Shown: positions 38,918-53,618, counted from the stretch's first letter. The stretch: DNA of 64,000 nucleotides from Eledone cirrhosa (GCA_964016885.1 OZ024743.1:296236001-296300000), one strand, 5' to 3'. Notes: generated by a model not told the origin, from the letters alone. Program-made: numbers and translations.

Positions 38918-38948
<31 letters not shown>

Positions 38949-38949
38949 A

Positions 38950-39002
<53 letters not shown>

Positions 39003-39034
39003 TATATACATATAGATATATATACACACACATA

Positions 39035-39152
<118 letters not shown>

Positions 39153-39172
39153 TATAGATACGTATATATATA

Positions 39173-39676
39173 TATAGGTTTAGGAATAACCAAAGAGTGC
39201 TTAGAAATACATTGTTTTATTAGCTAATAGTCTTTCATCCGTACCCTAAGGCAGGAATCATCAGAGCCTATAAACAAGAGTATATCAATAGTTGCATGCT
39301 CCATCAAGCTACGTCACCAGAACAAGGTTAAAGGACCAGCAGGGGGGGCCCGAGGCCAGCGCTATATAGAAAAATACATACTGGTGGAAAAATACATACC
39401 CTGCTGGTGCTTTAACCTTGTTCTGGTGACGCAGCTTGATGGAGCATGCAATTATTGATATACTCTTGTTTATGGGCTCTGATGATTCCTGCCATAGGGT
39501 ACGGATGAAACACTGTTAGCTAATAAAACAATGTATTTCTAAGCACTCTTTGGTTATTCTTAAACCTATAACGGCTCTGTAGTACACCAGTTATCCTACA
39601 TTGAGCTAAAACCACACTGGTCATCCCAAGGGCAATATATCTGCGTGTCTGGGCACATTGATATATATGTCAACGA

Positions 39677-39682
<6 letters not shown>
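39173..39682 (+). mobile_element. Fold-back PLE-tail element with hammerhead at 39475-39521
   Basis: 39173-39344 is approximately the reverse complement of 39399-39570; ggct CTGATGA t tcc tgcc atag ggta cgga t GAAA c act g TT agct. Confidence 0.8.
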
Positions 39683-39732
<50 letters not shown>

Positions 39733-40067
39733 GCTTGTATTTATCGTTGTTGTGGTTATAAACTATGGCCATATACATTTGGTCGTTTTATTCATGGTGT
39801 CACTCTTTCTTAACTTTGTGTTTACTCTGGACGAAAATGCACCGTTAAATGTTTTGTGACCGCCTCAAACAATTCTATTGGTATCTGTTCTACCGCGGCT
39901 AAGACTTCGATTCATACCTATATGTGTGTGCGTGTGTGTGTGTGTTTGTGTGTGTGTAATTCAAGACAGTAAGGATTGTGAATGAACGAGTGCGAGAGGG
40001 AAAAAGAGAAGGGAGGATAACTAATTTATATTATAATGATAAATACCATTAGTAGCCATATTGTCTG

Positions 40068-40202
40068 ATAATTGTTTCTACTTTTGGCACAAGGCCAGCA
40101 ATTACTCAGTACATTACTGGTACTTTATTTTATCGACCCCGTAAGGATGAAAGGCAAAGTGAACCTCGGCGGGATTTGAACTCAGACCGTAAAGGGACGT
40201 AA
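40068..40202 (-). mobile_element. tRNA-derived SINE (family S1)
   Basis: Reverse complement of the 51570-51700 core. Confidence 0.85.
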
Positions 40203-41954
40203 ATATTGTCTGATAATGTTGGTAATTTAGCTCCGGAATCGAGCAACGTTTAAAAAGATGTGAAACGAATCTTCTGCTGGATGGGAAACAAATTTACTGT
40301 GGGTAGCATTCCCGGAAGTTCTCTGACTGATTTCTACTTAGATAAATTGGGAGTAGGAGTTTGTGTATCACCAAGAGATATGATGAAATATTGTGACTGA
40401 TATGAACGCAGTGAACGCAAAAACCGTGTTTCTGTAATCAAATCCCTCACCATGCCGGCCATTTTGTTTTTACTTTGTTATTATTTTTTTCTATATTACG
40501 CAGTAATGTTCATGTAGGAGCCAATATTCCTTCCTTGAATATGCATGTGTCGGGTGTTTGCTTTTTCTTTAGCATTTATTTTATCTCTTTTTAAATAATT
40601 GCTTTTTTATCTTTTGTTTCTATCTCTGTATCATTGAGCGTTGTCCGATCAACTATCTTCGCGCCACAGGTTTGCAGATGTTTGATCACGCAGAGGCTTG
40701 CAAAGAAGAAACGCATCATTATCATTTTATTTATTACCATTTCCCTTTTTATTTTTTTATTTCTTCATATTTCATCCTGTATTATTATTTTGCAAGATGA
40801 CATAAGCTCGGAAATTAATAATAAATAAAAAATAAAATACATAAAGAGATCGGAAATATCTTTATGTCGCCATTTTCATTTTATTATTATTAACTGTCTT
40901 GTCTTTCTAACAATGGATGGTGAGACGATAAAGTTGCCTTCCACACCCTATCATTCCTCTCACATCATACTGAGTTATGCAAGCATATAATAACAAACTG
41001 TCACTTGACTGCTGAACTTCATCATAGCCGGCATCATCTTAATTGACTAAGACATCCACCAGGGGAATAACTTGCATGATGCATTTAACATAAATTGTAA
41101 ATCAGTCAAAAGTTGCAGATCAGTTATCACACGCAACATGTAGACAGAACCAGGTCAAATTGCAATGCTAGCCGAGAAGTTTTTTTTTCTTTTTTCCGTG
41201 AAAGTCACTCCAAACCAGGCGGCAAATAACCAACAATGCAGCAAGCCCCAAGTAGCTATTTAATTTGTTGGAAGTTACAAAAGAGAAGGAGAAAATAGCG
41301 AATTTAATAAGACGCTACTTTTGAAATAAGACAACGTACAGCAGTTGATTTTAAGGAATTTAAATTATATCTATCATAGGTGGGGAATGAAATGTTCTGT
41401 AAGACAGATGTTACAGATTTTTAGTTAGACGTTATGTATTTAAGTTGTATCGTCATGTATTATTTAGAGCTGTTACAGGATTTGAACTCGGTTATAGAGG
41501 AAAAAATCTATACAAAAACCACGCATGTTAATTATAAAAATTCTATTACTTCTGGAAGTTACTGTAGCTGTTGCTTGATACGAATTCGGAGTTGATTGAA
41601 TAGATATGTAACCAAAAGCATTCCTGCCACGATCATCTGGATTTGTTTTTTTTGTGTGTTCTTTTTTGTTTTTGTTTTTTTTTGTTTTTTAGTTTTCGTG
41701 ATATTATGTACCACGAACTACATTATACAAAGTGTTCGACTGTTTTTTAGAACGGTATGATTTGTGAAAGATTTAACTGCTATTTCTAGCTGATTAAACA
41801 GCTCGTTGCTTAGAGAGTTGATTTACCTCAAAATGTGATAGATATTTAATTATGTAAACCGTCTCTTCGTGAGTTAAATGTTTTGGTCAGTGGTTCAGCG
41901 TAACGCCGATGAGATTATAAAACTCTCGAGCTATTAGCCAATGGAATGGATGGA

Positions 41955-42285
41955 AGATAGAATGAACCTCCATCGGTTTCGATGGAACGTTCTACTTGTG
42001 AAATTAACGGGCAATTGGCTGATAATTTTATAGACAGTCTACAGACACTTAGTGCAATTCTCAGGGAGATTCGATTTCATACAGTTATAACAAGACTAGC
42101 CCGTTGAATTACAGAAACAATCCATCCGACTGGCTTTCAAATTGTTTTCCTCTACACAATTCCACTCAGAAGCCAAGGGTCGACCCGAACCTAAGATAAA
42201 TAACACTTGCCCAAGATGCTCCGGAATGGGATCAAACATGGGCCCTAATGATTGTGAAGCTAACTCCCTAACCGTTGCGTCCACT
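41955..42285 (-). mobile_element. Old tRNA/CORE-type SINE
   Basis: Head gacgcaacggttagggagttagct...tgtttgatccc then cttgggcaagtg; tail similar to 35760-35890. Confidence 0.55.
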
Positions 42286-42499
42286 CTCAGTATTCCCTCC
42301 TTGCCTCCTTACCAATATCGGAGAACTTGAAAAGGATCATGGACACCCCCCTACAAAATAGTAATAAAAATGAACTTATTGAACCTTACTACCAAATTCT
42401 CATTAAAATAAAACAATTGAAATATGTGTCTGCAAATACGAACTCAAGAACCATGAGCTTAATATAAACTGTTCTACGAGCCTTCTTGAAACAGTATCC

Positions 42500-43003
42500 A
42501 ACGTCAGGTGCGGAGCAAATTCAAGGTTATGCTGAATGTTTTCTTCGATTACCGATGTGTTGTACATCAGGAGTACGCACCAGAAGGAAATTCAGTTATG
42601 AAGGAATACTATCAACATTCCTCCAACGTCTTCATGTCGCAGCTAGGTGCAAGAGACCGGATCTGTGGACCTCTCAAAACTGGAAGCTACATCATGACAT
42701 GACTCCTTCATCGCAACTGATCCAATGTTTCTTGGCAAAGAAAGCTATTTTACTCACTCGTTAGGCTCCCTGCTCAACAAACATGGTTCCTGACTTTTTT
42801 GATAACCGAGAAAACATTATGCAGATGCGGACTGCAACGACGAACCTAAAAGCCATTCCGGAAGACGCATTTCAGATGTGCTGTAAACTGTGGAAAGATC
42901 GCTAGGCTAATGGAGATGCGCAACAAGGAGCGTAGTAATTGAGCCGCACCAAATATGCAGTTTTACCCACCCAAAATCGGATACTTTTTCGACAAACCTC
43001 GTA
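42500..43003 (+). mobile_element. mariner (Tc1/mariner) transposon relic, 3' half
   Basis: RSKFKVMLNVFFDYRCVVHQEYAPEG..KEYY and LQRL...KRPDLW..NWKLHHD are mariner catalytic-domain motifs; ends in TIR-like cggatactttttcgacaaacctcg followed by TA. Confidence 0.85.
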
Positions 43004-43350
43004 TATATTACACAAAGATATTCCTCCTTCGGAAACTCTAATATAATTCTTATGTTAAAGAAAGGAAGTTGTGTTCGAAATAAATATAGAAAAAATGGCC
43101 ACCAATTCAAAATTTCATTCTAATATTATTATATATGAACCGCAGTTGCATACAACGGAAAAAATCGTAAATCATACATTATAACATTATTTTTTCTTCT
43201 TAGTCTATAGTTATATAAGGAGAGTTTGTTGCTGTTGTTCAACATTTTATATATCTAATTCTGATTTATAAAATATTATATAAAGCCTAAAAATCTATAA
43301 AAGAATATATGAAATGTCCATGTTGAAAATCTACACGCATGTACGAATAC

Positions 43351-43496
<146 letters not shown>

Positions 43497-43630
43497 GTGT
43501 GTGTGTGTGTGTGTGCGTGCGTGTGTGTAATTGAAAAATTCATTTACAAAAAAATCATATATATATATTTCATATATATACACACACACACACACATATA
43601 TACATACATATATATATTTATCTATATATC

Positions 43631-43662
<32 letters not shown>

Positions 43663-44215
43663 CACATCTATATATATTATATATATAGATATATATATAT
43701 ATAATATATATATGTGTGTGTGTAGAGAGAGAGAGAGTGAGAGAGAAAGAGAGAGAGATGGGGGGAGAAAGAGAGAGAGAGAGAGCGCAAGAGAGAGAGA
43801 GGCCATATTATCTATAAAAAATATGCAAAACATTTAAGTTAACCATCGTAAATTTCTTGTAATTCAGGTAGAGAAATGTCATAGTTGAGACCATTCATCC
43901 TAACTTAGCAACAAAACCTATGTAATAAACTAAAGGAAATTAACTAGAAGTGACATATTTTTAAGGATTTTGCCATTATTTATATTTCTTTTTCTATTAA
44001 ATGTTTATATGTTGTGGTTGGTTTTGCTTTACGTTATACCGTTATAGCGAGAAATGGTGGAAGCGAGAATCTATCTTTCTATGAATATAGTATTTTGACG
44101 AGAATCTAAGGATGAAGAAGAATGAATTGAAAAAATGTTAAAAAAGGAAGGAATTTAGAATTGTGTAGAAAAATGTTTTTTTTTTTTTTTATGTAGTAAC
44201 AGACAACAGTTATCT

Positions 44216-44320
<105 letters not shown>

Positions 44321-44464
44321 GTCTATATGTGCGTGGTCGGAGTGTTTGTGTTGACTGTGTGTTTTTGTATATCTCTGTGTGTGCCGGAAGAATTATTTTG
44401 TAAAGAAGAAACACTATACGAGTCAACGAGTCTGATATATATATATATATATATTTTCTACACA

Positions 44465-44679
44465 TTGGGATTCTTTCTCACGTCGTGTAGACGCGTTCTT
44501 GAGACTAGTAAAATGAGGTATCCTCTTGATAAGTCGGCAGACCTCGCAAGGACTCTATATCTTTATGATATATTGTTTTTGTTTATGCCACGAAACTACG
44601 TAGTCGAGGAATTTAGGAGCAGTTTAGGTATGATACATTTTATTACTAATTATATCTAAATGTTTCTTCTCTCTTCATA

Positions 44680-44684
<5 letters not shown>
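44465..44684 (+). mobile_element. Second copy of the variant-hammerhead PLE tail (HHR at 44521-44610)
   Basis: Near-identical to 23718-23936. Confidence 0.8.
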
Positions 44685-44738
<54 letters not shown>

Positions 44739-44740
<2 letters not shown>

Positions 44741-44935
44741 AAAGGAAATGTGGTAAGGAACAAGATGGACCATAACGCACCAGAGTACTCAATACTAAGG
44801 GTAGTAGAGTGGGAAATAAGTAAAAGTATGACCCCGACGGCAGAGCTCAAGCCGTTTCGACGGATATTTCTGGACATAGCGTCCAGAAATACCCGTCGAA
44901 ACGGCTTGAGCTCTGCCGTCGGGGTCATACTTTTT

Positions 44936-44940
<5 letters not shown>
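44739..44940 (-). mobile_element. Hairpin-capped PLE-tail element (family of 33063-33255)
   Basis: Hairpin at 44822-44934 with a different apex; same tail. Confidence 0.75.
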
Positions 44941-44970
<30 letters not shown>

Positions 44971-46279
44971 CGTTCGCACAGATAGAAGCCATACACATGC
45001 ACGCATACATACTCTTCATCATGTAGTTTCATTGTCAACTGCAGTGCTGTTCCATGGTATCGTTGTTTCTGTTACATGTAGAGAAACCTCGTGTTTGAGA
45101 TACTCCCACCAGTTTTGTACATGTGGCTTCTACCCTCCACCACAGCGTGTTGTTTAATGCCATTTTGAACATTTATCTGATCGATTATCTTGTTTATGTG
45201 TTCAGCATCACATGACCGAGAACTTACTTCTAATTCCGGTCAAACTTTTCTGTCGATACTTACTCATGTCCAGCTTTGTGTCCCTTTCCTTTGGAGAAAA
45301 CTTATGCTACTATCGATTGGATGTTTATTTCTGGTAACGCACACAAGACATTTTCTTTTATCACTTGCCTTCTCATGTATGCCAGAATTAAAGGGAAATC
45401 TTCTTATATGACATTAAAGAGTGAAGTAACTCTGTGAATGAGCTTCTGGTGTGGTGGGGGGAGGGGGGGGGGGGGGTTCTGCCATTGCCAACTGGATTAC
45501 TATTTGTTTTTATTGGGGCTCTTCCTGATGCCATCGAAGCTGTTGCGACCACTGACACAGGCAATGTCCTTTTCCTTAGAGTGTTAAACCAGAACAGGGA
45601 AATATATTTATTAATTTATTTATATATACAATCGTTTTTTGAAGCGTTGAGCGAGTTTGAATTTTGTATGTTTGTATCTTATTGTAAGCTGTTGCAATAC
45701 ATGGGTGACTATTACATAGTCAAAACTATATCGAAACAGCTTACAATAGGCTACCATACTTTCCATATATACAAATATGAGCAAAACATCTATTCAAGCG
45801 TGAGAAGTCGCCCCATGTGTTTTGTCAGAGCTCCCTACGAATCAGAGTATTGTCTACTCCTAGCTGAAGCTGTACGATTTCTCTTTAGGTGGGACACCTG
45901 TTTGTTGCAAGCTTAAGCTCCAGCTGTTGCATATATGAGTTTTCAGCTGAGTTGCATTGAGTCACGTGAAATGAAGTGCCTTGCTCGAGAGCAAAATACA
46001 CCAACCGGTCCCACTTTACGGTTATGAGACCAACACCCTAAATGCTAAGCTGTTCGTCTTCCCCTACCATCATATTCATCGCTATGTGCTTTAGATATAT
46101 ATATATATAGCTGGTCTGCCTGTTATCTACGTTTGAACACAGTTTCGATTTTACATCTTTCCATTCATTATTTTAACGTCAGTGTATTTAAGTTACTTAC
46201 GCTATTGTTTTAGTGTCGAACAATGCTATTGTTTTGATGTTATATAGATGGTGCAATCAGAGTATATTGTCTAAATGAA

Positions 46280-46720
46280 CATTGAGCAACATCAGCGCAC
46301 GTATTGTTAGAATTGTTTGTGTTGTTAACTACCATATTTTTGTTCATTTTATTTTTAAGTCTTTATTCTTAGAATCATTTCCTAGTTCTTTCAAGGAAAT
46401 ATTTTCATCTGCTGAAACTGAAATATCTATAAACAGAAATGCTTTGTTTACACGCTCTTTCATAACGATGCCTGGATGTTTCACTTCATCTTTTGTTATT
46501 ATATAACTGTTGTCTCATTTTATGATCATTGTTGCTTTCTTTATAGAACAACGGTGGAGAGTGAAATTATACCGCCATCTGTTATCCTGTTCCCACTTTT
46601 GCAGTTTTGCCAACATTGATGCCAATTTGAATAGCTACCGTAACAACTCTGTGGAACAACTTGATGTGTTCGGCTTTTGATATGACTGAGGCAAGCTGAT
46701 ACAATGTGATCGATTATTTG
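46280..46720 (-). pseudogene. Old R4/Dong-type LINE 3' fragment (restriction-like endonuclease)
   Basis: Minus strand IDHIVSAC ... KHPGIVMKE..FLFIDISVSADENISLKE....KNKDLK..IW.LTTQTI matches the PD-(D/E)xK RLE consensus. Confidence 0.7.
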
Positions 46721-47044
46721 AAAAAACAAGGTACGAGAATAGAAGAGATGTGGAATAAAAATAAGATAAAATATAAGAACCAAGTAATGTTTAAGGGGGG
46801 AAATGGAAGAAGAAGGGAATGAAAACGACATAGGCAATTAGCTTCAGTAACAACATCATTTATCTGTGAGACTTAAAAAGGAAAAAAATAAAACACTATT
46901 GGGAAAAAAGTATAAAGGTGCGTTAATGAGAAAGGTGAAGGAGAAAGAAAGGTAAAGAAAGGTGTGCAAAAAGCTACAACCGAGCCAGAAGATATATATA
47001 TATATACATATATGTGTATATATATCTGGCTCGGTTGTAGCTTT

Positions 47045-47170
<126 letters not shown>

Positions 47171-47550
47171 TATGGATACATATTACATATATCTATATGT
47201 TTGTATATGTGTGTGTGTGTGAAGTGGGAGAGAAGGGGGGGTGAATAGGTGTAAATGTGGTGACAAAGAAGTAGTTTGGCTGTTGCAGGTTTGGTCAGTG
47301 ATAAAGAAAGTTAAAATGACAATCCGAAATGGAAAACATAATAGAGTAATTATTTCAGGAGATTGCTTTATGCCTAGAAAAATGACACAAACCTATGAAA
47401 GAAGAGAACTGTAAAATATAGCGGTGTTACAGTTTCTGGTGTGACATTTATTTCTAGAGAACTGCAACTGTTTGGTATATTTCTTAGTTGATGTCATTGT
47501 TGTGTGTTATTTCTTCTGGTTTTCTTATTGTTTTGCTTTCTAAATGACAG

Positions 47551-49208
47551 TGGTGGTTTGTGGTGGTTGGTAGTGGTGGTTGATGGTGGTGGTAGTGGTA
47601 CTTGGTGGTGTAGTTGGGTGATGGTGGTGGTTGGTGACTGGTGGTGTTGGGTGATGGTGGTGGTAGTGGTGGTAGTGCTGGCTGGTGGTGTTGGGAGATG
47701 GTGGTGGTAGTGGTGGTAGTGGTGGTTGGTGGTGTTGGGAGATGGTGGTGGTAGTGGTGGTAGTGGTGCTTGGTGGTTGGTGTAGTTGGGTGATGGTGGT
47801 GGTTAGTGGCTAGTGGTGTTGGGTGATGGTGGTGGTAGTGGTGGTAGTGGTGGCTGGTGGTGTTGGGAGATGGTGGTGGTAGTGGTGGTAGTGGTGGTTG
47901 GTGGTTGGTGTTGTTGGGTGATGGTGGTGGTAGTGGTAGTAGTGGTGGTAGTGGTGGTTGGTGTTGTTGGGTGGTGGTAGTGGTGGTAGTGGTGGTAGTG
48001 GTGGTTGGTGGTTGGTGTTGTTGGGTGATGGTGGTGGTAGTGGTGGTAGTGGTGGTAGTGGTGGTAGTGGTGGTTGGTGGCTGGTGGTGTTGGGTGATGG
48101 TGGTGGTAGTGGTGGTAGTGGTGGTTGGTGCTTGGTGGCTGGTGGTGTTGGGTGATGGTGGTGGTAATGGTGGTAGTGGTGGTAGTGGTGGTTGGTGGTT
48201 GGTGTTGTTGGGTGGTGGTGGTAGTGGTGGTAGTGGTGGTTGGTGGCTGGTGGTTGGTGTTGTTGGGTGATGGTGGTGGTAGTGGTGGTAGTCGTGGTTG
48301 GTGGTTGGTGTTGTTGGGTGATGGTGGTGGTAGTGGTGGTTGGTGGTTGGTGTTGTTGGATGATGGTGGTGGTAGTGGTGGTTGGTGGCTAGTGGTGGTA
48401 GTGGTGGTAGTGCTGGTTGGTGGCTGGTGGTGTTGGGTGATGGTGGTGGTTGGTGGTGGTAGTGGTGGTTGGTGCTTGGTGGCTGGTGGTTTTGGGTGAT
48501 GGTGGTGGTAATGGTGGTAGTGGTGGTAGTGGTGGTTGGTGGTTGGTGTTGTTGGGTGGTGGTGGTAGTAGTGGTGGTAGTGGTGGTAGTGGTGGTTGGT
48601 GGTTGCTGTTGTTGGGTGGTGGTGGTAGTGGTGGTAGTGGTGGCTGGTGGTTGGTGGTGTTGGGTGATGGTGGTGGTAGTGGTGGTTGATAGTGGTGGTG
48701 GTAGTGGTGGCTGGTAGTGGTGGTTGGCGGTGGTGGTATTGGTGGTTGGTGGTGTTGGTTGTTGGTTGGTAGTGGTGCGTAGTGGTGGTTGGTAGTGGTG
48801 GTGGTAGTGGTGGTTAGTAGTGGTGGTAGTGGTGGGTCGTAGTGGTGGTTGGTAGTGGTGGTTGGTGGTGGTGGCAGTGGTGGTTGGTGGTTGGTGGTGT
48901 TGGTTGGTGGTTGGTAGTGGTGGTAGTGGTGGTGGTAGTGATGGTTGGTAGTAGTGGTAGTGGTGGTGGTAGTGGTGGTGGTAGTGGTGGTGGTAATGGT
49001 GGTTGGTAGTGGTGGTGTTGGTTGGTGGTTGGTAGTGGTGGTAGTGGTGGTGGTAGTGGTGGTTGGTAGTAGTGGTAGTGGAGTGGTGATGGTAGTGGTG
49101 GTGGTAGTGGTGGTTGGTAGTGGTGGTAGTGGTGGTGGTAGTGGTGGTGGTAGTGGTGGTTGGTAGTGGTGGTTGGTAGTGGTGGTAATGGTGGGTCGTA
49201 GTGGTGGT
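47551..49208. repeat. 1.65-kb complex (GGT/AGT/TGGT) low-complexity array
   Basis: Directly visible ggtggtagt / ggttggt / gttgggtgat modules. Confidence 0.95.
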
Positions 49209-49209
49209 C

Positions 49210-51360
49210 CATGTGGGCGACAAAGCCAAAGGAGAGTGTAGAGACCTACCTTTCTGCTTCCCGGGGTTCGGGTCGCACGACTTCCATGGGGTCGGGGGTG
49301 TTGGGTGAAGGGGTGTCTTGTGGTGGTGTGGGGTCATCGTGTGTGGTGGGGTTGGGGGTTTGGAGTTGTGTTGGCGAGGGGAAGGGGAGGGGGAAAGCTT
49401 TTTAGTAGGACGCGGTTTATGGGTTTGACAGAGGGTGGTCCTACGTCCTCCTTAAAATCCTTTTTTAGTTTTTGGTAGAGGTTCATTGGGATCTTTATTA
49501 ATTTTAAATGTGGGTAGTTTTCTGAAGAAACAAAGTTTACCCCTTCGGTTTGTACCAAAGGGTTATTGTTTATGAGTTCATTTAATTTATTATTGTTTCT
49601 GTTGATGTAAGTATAGTGTAATGTCTTTTTTTCGGATGGTGTGAGTGTTTCGAAGAGAGGAGGGGCAGGTTTGGTTTTGTTTGTTGCTGGAGGGGTGTTT
49701 TGTGTTTTGTTGGATTGTGTTGACATTTGGGTAGGGGTTGTTTGGCCTTGTGTGTTTTGCACATGTTTTCTTTTTTTCCTTTTAATCTGTCTAAAGGACT
49801 CCGTTTCTTCCTCCGAATTCGTTGGGTTATCTTCAGTGTTGGAGGGAAGAGGTATGTTTGCTGGTAATGTTTCCGTGTTGGTTTTCTTTGTGGGGGAGAT
49901 GGATATCACTATGTTAGACTGTGTTGTGTGTTGTGGCTGCGGTGGTTGTGTTGTTTTATTGAGTGAGGGGTTGGGTGGGACTGTGTTTTGTTTTTGGGTA
50001 ATGTGTTGTGACTGTTTGTGTTGTGGTGGTGGTGTAGTTTTACTGATGGTGGGACTGAGTTTTGTTGTTTGTTTATCTGTTGTGGTGGTGGTGGAGCTGG
50101 TGTTGGTAGCAGGGTTTTCTTCTTGTTGAGTTGGAGACAAGCCGCCTTCAGGTGCCCTCTGCCTGCACAGATATGACAGGACGGCCTTCTCCCCTCCACG
50201 CTAATGTTTATATACCCGTGGCCCTCTAATAGGATTCTGTCGGGTATTTGGGCAATGCGTTCAGGCTTCATTTGCACTACAAGTTCTATACCTGTTCCAC
50301 TGAACGCATTGCCTGTGGTTTTCCCAATGGAAATCACGTTGTCATTCACTGGATTGATGAAGCCAGCTATGAGCCAGCAGTAGTCCACATCTGGCATCAT
50401 CGCATCCAGCCATATGCGCTGAGTTCTTTTACCCATATAAGATGGATAAAAGGTAAAATTTGTCGAACGAATCGGCGACAAAGCACATTTTTTTGCCGCC
50501 GATTCGTTCTTCATAATAATCGCTAGGCTTCCATACAGTCTGTCTCTTCTTATGAAAGTGGTTTCATTAAGTACTTCTGTAAGTACTGCTTTAATTTCTG
50601 TTTGTGTTGGCTGTTGAGGTTTTTTAGAAATGTTGTTGATGGTGCGGAAAACGACCGTCCGACTTTCAATGTCTTTGGTGAGTTCTTGAGGCATTTTTAC
50701 CGATAAAATACCATTTTCCCCTTGAGTTATGTATTGTTTGGCGTCTGTAATTCTTTGTGCCACATCTGAAATATTTTCAGGTATATATGTCAAAGATTTC
50801 TTTGTTGTTTGTGCAAATGTAATATTATTGGTGTTGACTTTGTCGTCTGCTTTGCTTTCTGTTATGATGTTGTTTTCAAATGTTATTTTTGTGTTTGTTG
50901 TGTCTTTGTTCGTGGTATTAATATTGTCATGCAATTTTTCAAATTTTTTTTTGTTGTTGTTGGAATCAATGTCCAGATTTGTGTTTTCGTCATTTTTTTC
51001 CGCAGATTCGTCTGTTTTTATTTTATTTTTTCTTTCCTTCTCTATGACGTTAGTTGGGAAGGAAGGGGTGGACTAAAGCGTGCGAGCTTACAACTCTTAC
51101 CGCTGTCCCCCCACCACTATTTTTGTTAGCTTCGTTTAACATTTCTGTCAGACGATTGACATTTTTTATGCCACAAAATTTTTAAAAACAGGTTTTTCAC
51201 CCCTGGGAGGGGAAAAGATGAGCTGACCCACCGCCTGACAGTTCAGACGGGAGTTCAAGCTACACAATAGTATCAAAATTAAAATTGAACTTACAAAATT
51301 TCCGCAATAAATTTGAACAAAACTTCTGCGCGAAGTGAATTACATCTACGCTGTAGAACA
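49210..51360 (-). mobile_element. Tx1/L1-clade copy C: 5'UTR + ORF1 only
   Basis: ORF 49909-50934 with CHICAGRGHLKAAC, continuing after a frameshift in 49334-50140; homologous to copy B ORF1 including its C-terminus (VKPINRVLLK vs cgtcagacccattaaccgtgtcctcctaaaa); no ORF2 motifs follow. Confidence 0.8.
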
Positions 51361-51516
51361 GACGACAGCTAGATTGATATAAGTGTTATAATATAACGGC
51401 CGCTAACCGGAAGTGTTGACATTTGATAATTTTAAAGATTAAGCTATAAAATATATTTAATCACCAGCCACGAAATTTAGCACATAAATTATGTAATATT
51501 CATTCATTATTTATTC

Positions 51517-51700
51517 AATTGGCAGTATCAGTAGAGGGTCGGACGCCATGCTTTCCAGCATAGTTACGCCCCTTACGATCTGAGTTCAAATCCCGCCGAG
51601 GTTGACTTTGCCTTTCATCCTTACGGGGTCGATAAAATAAAGTACCAGTAATGCACTGGGTAAATGCTGGCCTTGTGCCTAAAGTAGAAACAATTATTTA
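51517..51700 (+). mobile_element. tRNA-derived SINE (family S1), near full length
   Basis: A-box-like tggcagtatcagtag, B-box gagttcaaatccc, conserved core, attatt tail. Confidence 0.85.
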
Positions 51701-51784
51701 TTCAAAGTAATCCAACTTATTTTACAAATGGGGTAAAAAAATATATTCTGGATGCAATCCCACAGACCTTCCTTTATTATATTT

Positions 51785-52092
51785 AAGATAAGTGACGGAT
51801 TAAAGTTAATAAGTGTCAGTCTCGGATTTAAGATAATAAGAACCAGTGCCGGATTAAAAATAGTGAATTTAAATACTAATAATGAATGCCGGATTGAAAA
51901 TAATAAGGGTCAGTGCCGGTTTAGAAATAATAAGTGTCAGTGCCGGATTAAAAATAATAGTGGCCAGTGCCGGATTAAAATTAATAAAGATAATGCCAGA
52001 TTAAAAATAGTAAATTTAAGTGCCGGATTAAAAACATTAATGATAATTGCCGAATGAAAAATAATAAGTGTCAGTGCTGGATTAAAAATATT
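51785..52092. repeat. ~24-27-bp minisatellite (agtgccggattaaaaataataagtgtc)
   Basis: About 11 degenerate units. Confidence 0.85.
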
Positions 52093-52303
52093 AAGGACCC
52101 GTACCATAGATCACCGGTAAATACCGGTGAGCTATGCCATGTATTTCTAACTGCGTAGATCTAGAGAGAGGGATATAACTGATATACATACTATCGATTC
52201 GTGGCTAAATGTCGGACATTTTTTACTCTCATCCGCCTAAAAAATACACGCACAGAGAAACACATTTGGAAATACATTTAATGTTCACACAGAGCATACA
52301 GAT

Positions 52304-52503
52304 AAAAATTATTTACATGACTCATATGAACGACAAAAATGAAGAACGTTAGTAAAAATTACATATACACGCAAAGTACATATACGAGCATGTACAATGA
52401 TAGGCCTACACATACATATTCATGCATACATGATTACGTATATATGTATGTATGTGTATATATGTATATGCGTGTGTGTGTGCGTATATATATATATATA
52501 TGC

Positions 52504-52562
<59 letters not shown>

Positions 52563-52563
52563 A

Positions 52564-52594
<31 letters not shown>

Positions 52595-52772
52595 CATATA
52601 TATATATATATATATATATATGCATACATACATACACACACATACATATATGTGTGTATGTGTACGTACATCTATTATTGTGCGAGCTCATATATGTATT
52701 TTGCGTGTATGTGCAGTTATTACTGACGCTCTCCATTTTTGTCGTTCGTATGAGTCATATATGTAATTTTTC
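52304..52772. repeat. Imperfect ~85-bp inverted repeat around a microsatellite spacer
   Basis: 52304-52390 is approximately the reverse complement of 52686-52772. Confidence 0.7.
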
Positions 52773-52834
52773 TGCATGTCTATATATATATATATATATA
52801 GATATATATATATATATATGTATGTATTTATATA

Positions 52835-52936
<102 letters not shown>

Positions 52937-53036
52937 AACTTTTATTTGTACTGCCTCTCTGTTTTTGTTCCCGTCCAAGTTTTCACTATGTATATATATA
53001 TATATATATATATATAAAGACATACATATATATGTG

Positions 53037-53069
<33 letters not shown>

Positions 53070-53072
53070 TGA

Positions 53073-53119
<47 letters not shown>

Positions 53120-53157
53120 TTACATAGATGACTCATACATATATATGTATGTATATA

Positions 53158-53188
<31 letters not shown>

Positions 53189-53618
53189 GTATATATATAA
53201 ATATATATATATATTTGTGTGTGTGTGTGTGTGTGAGTGTATGTCGTTATATATATGTGTGTGTGTATGTGTGTTTTCATGATTGTATATATGATGTGTG
53301 TGTATGCGAATATGTGTGAGTGTGTAATGTGTATATGCGTGTATGTACATAAATATATAGGGAAGGGGAGATTTTACGAACATGACATATTATAATTTAT
53401 TTAAAATCAACATATAGATAAGACAAACACAGAACCATAACCGTAATAGTCACTAGGAAAACACGAATCAGAAACATACATACACATTCACAACAGTACA
53501 CATACATACACACATACATGCATACATTCAAACATACATACATACATACATAGACACATACACACATACATACATACATACATACATACATACATACATA
53601 CATACATACATACATACA

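Noticed and set aside
45434-45916. 160-aa ORF as a host exon
   Set aside because: No recognisable domain and no convincing splice context; a short host exon cannot be excluded without RNA-seq
47551-49208. Interstitial telomere
   Set aside because: No TTAGGG or TTAGG array
47484-49337. 617-aa His/Thr/Pro mucin- or extensin-like gene
   Set aside because: Frame openness is explained by repeat composition; the motif drifts between frames; no splice or start evidence
51517-51600. tRNA gene
   Set aside because: A/B boxes only, no cloverleaf; it is a SINE head
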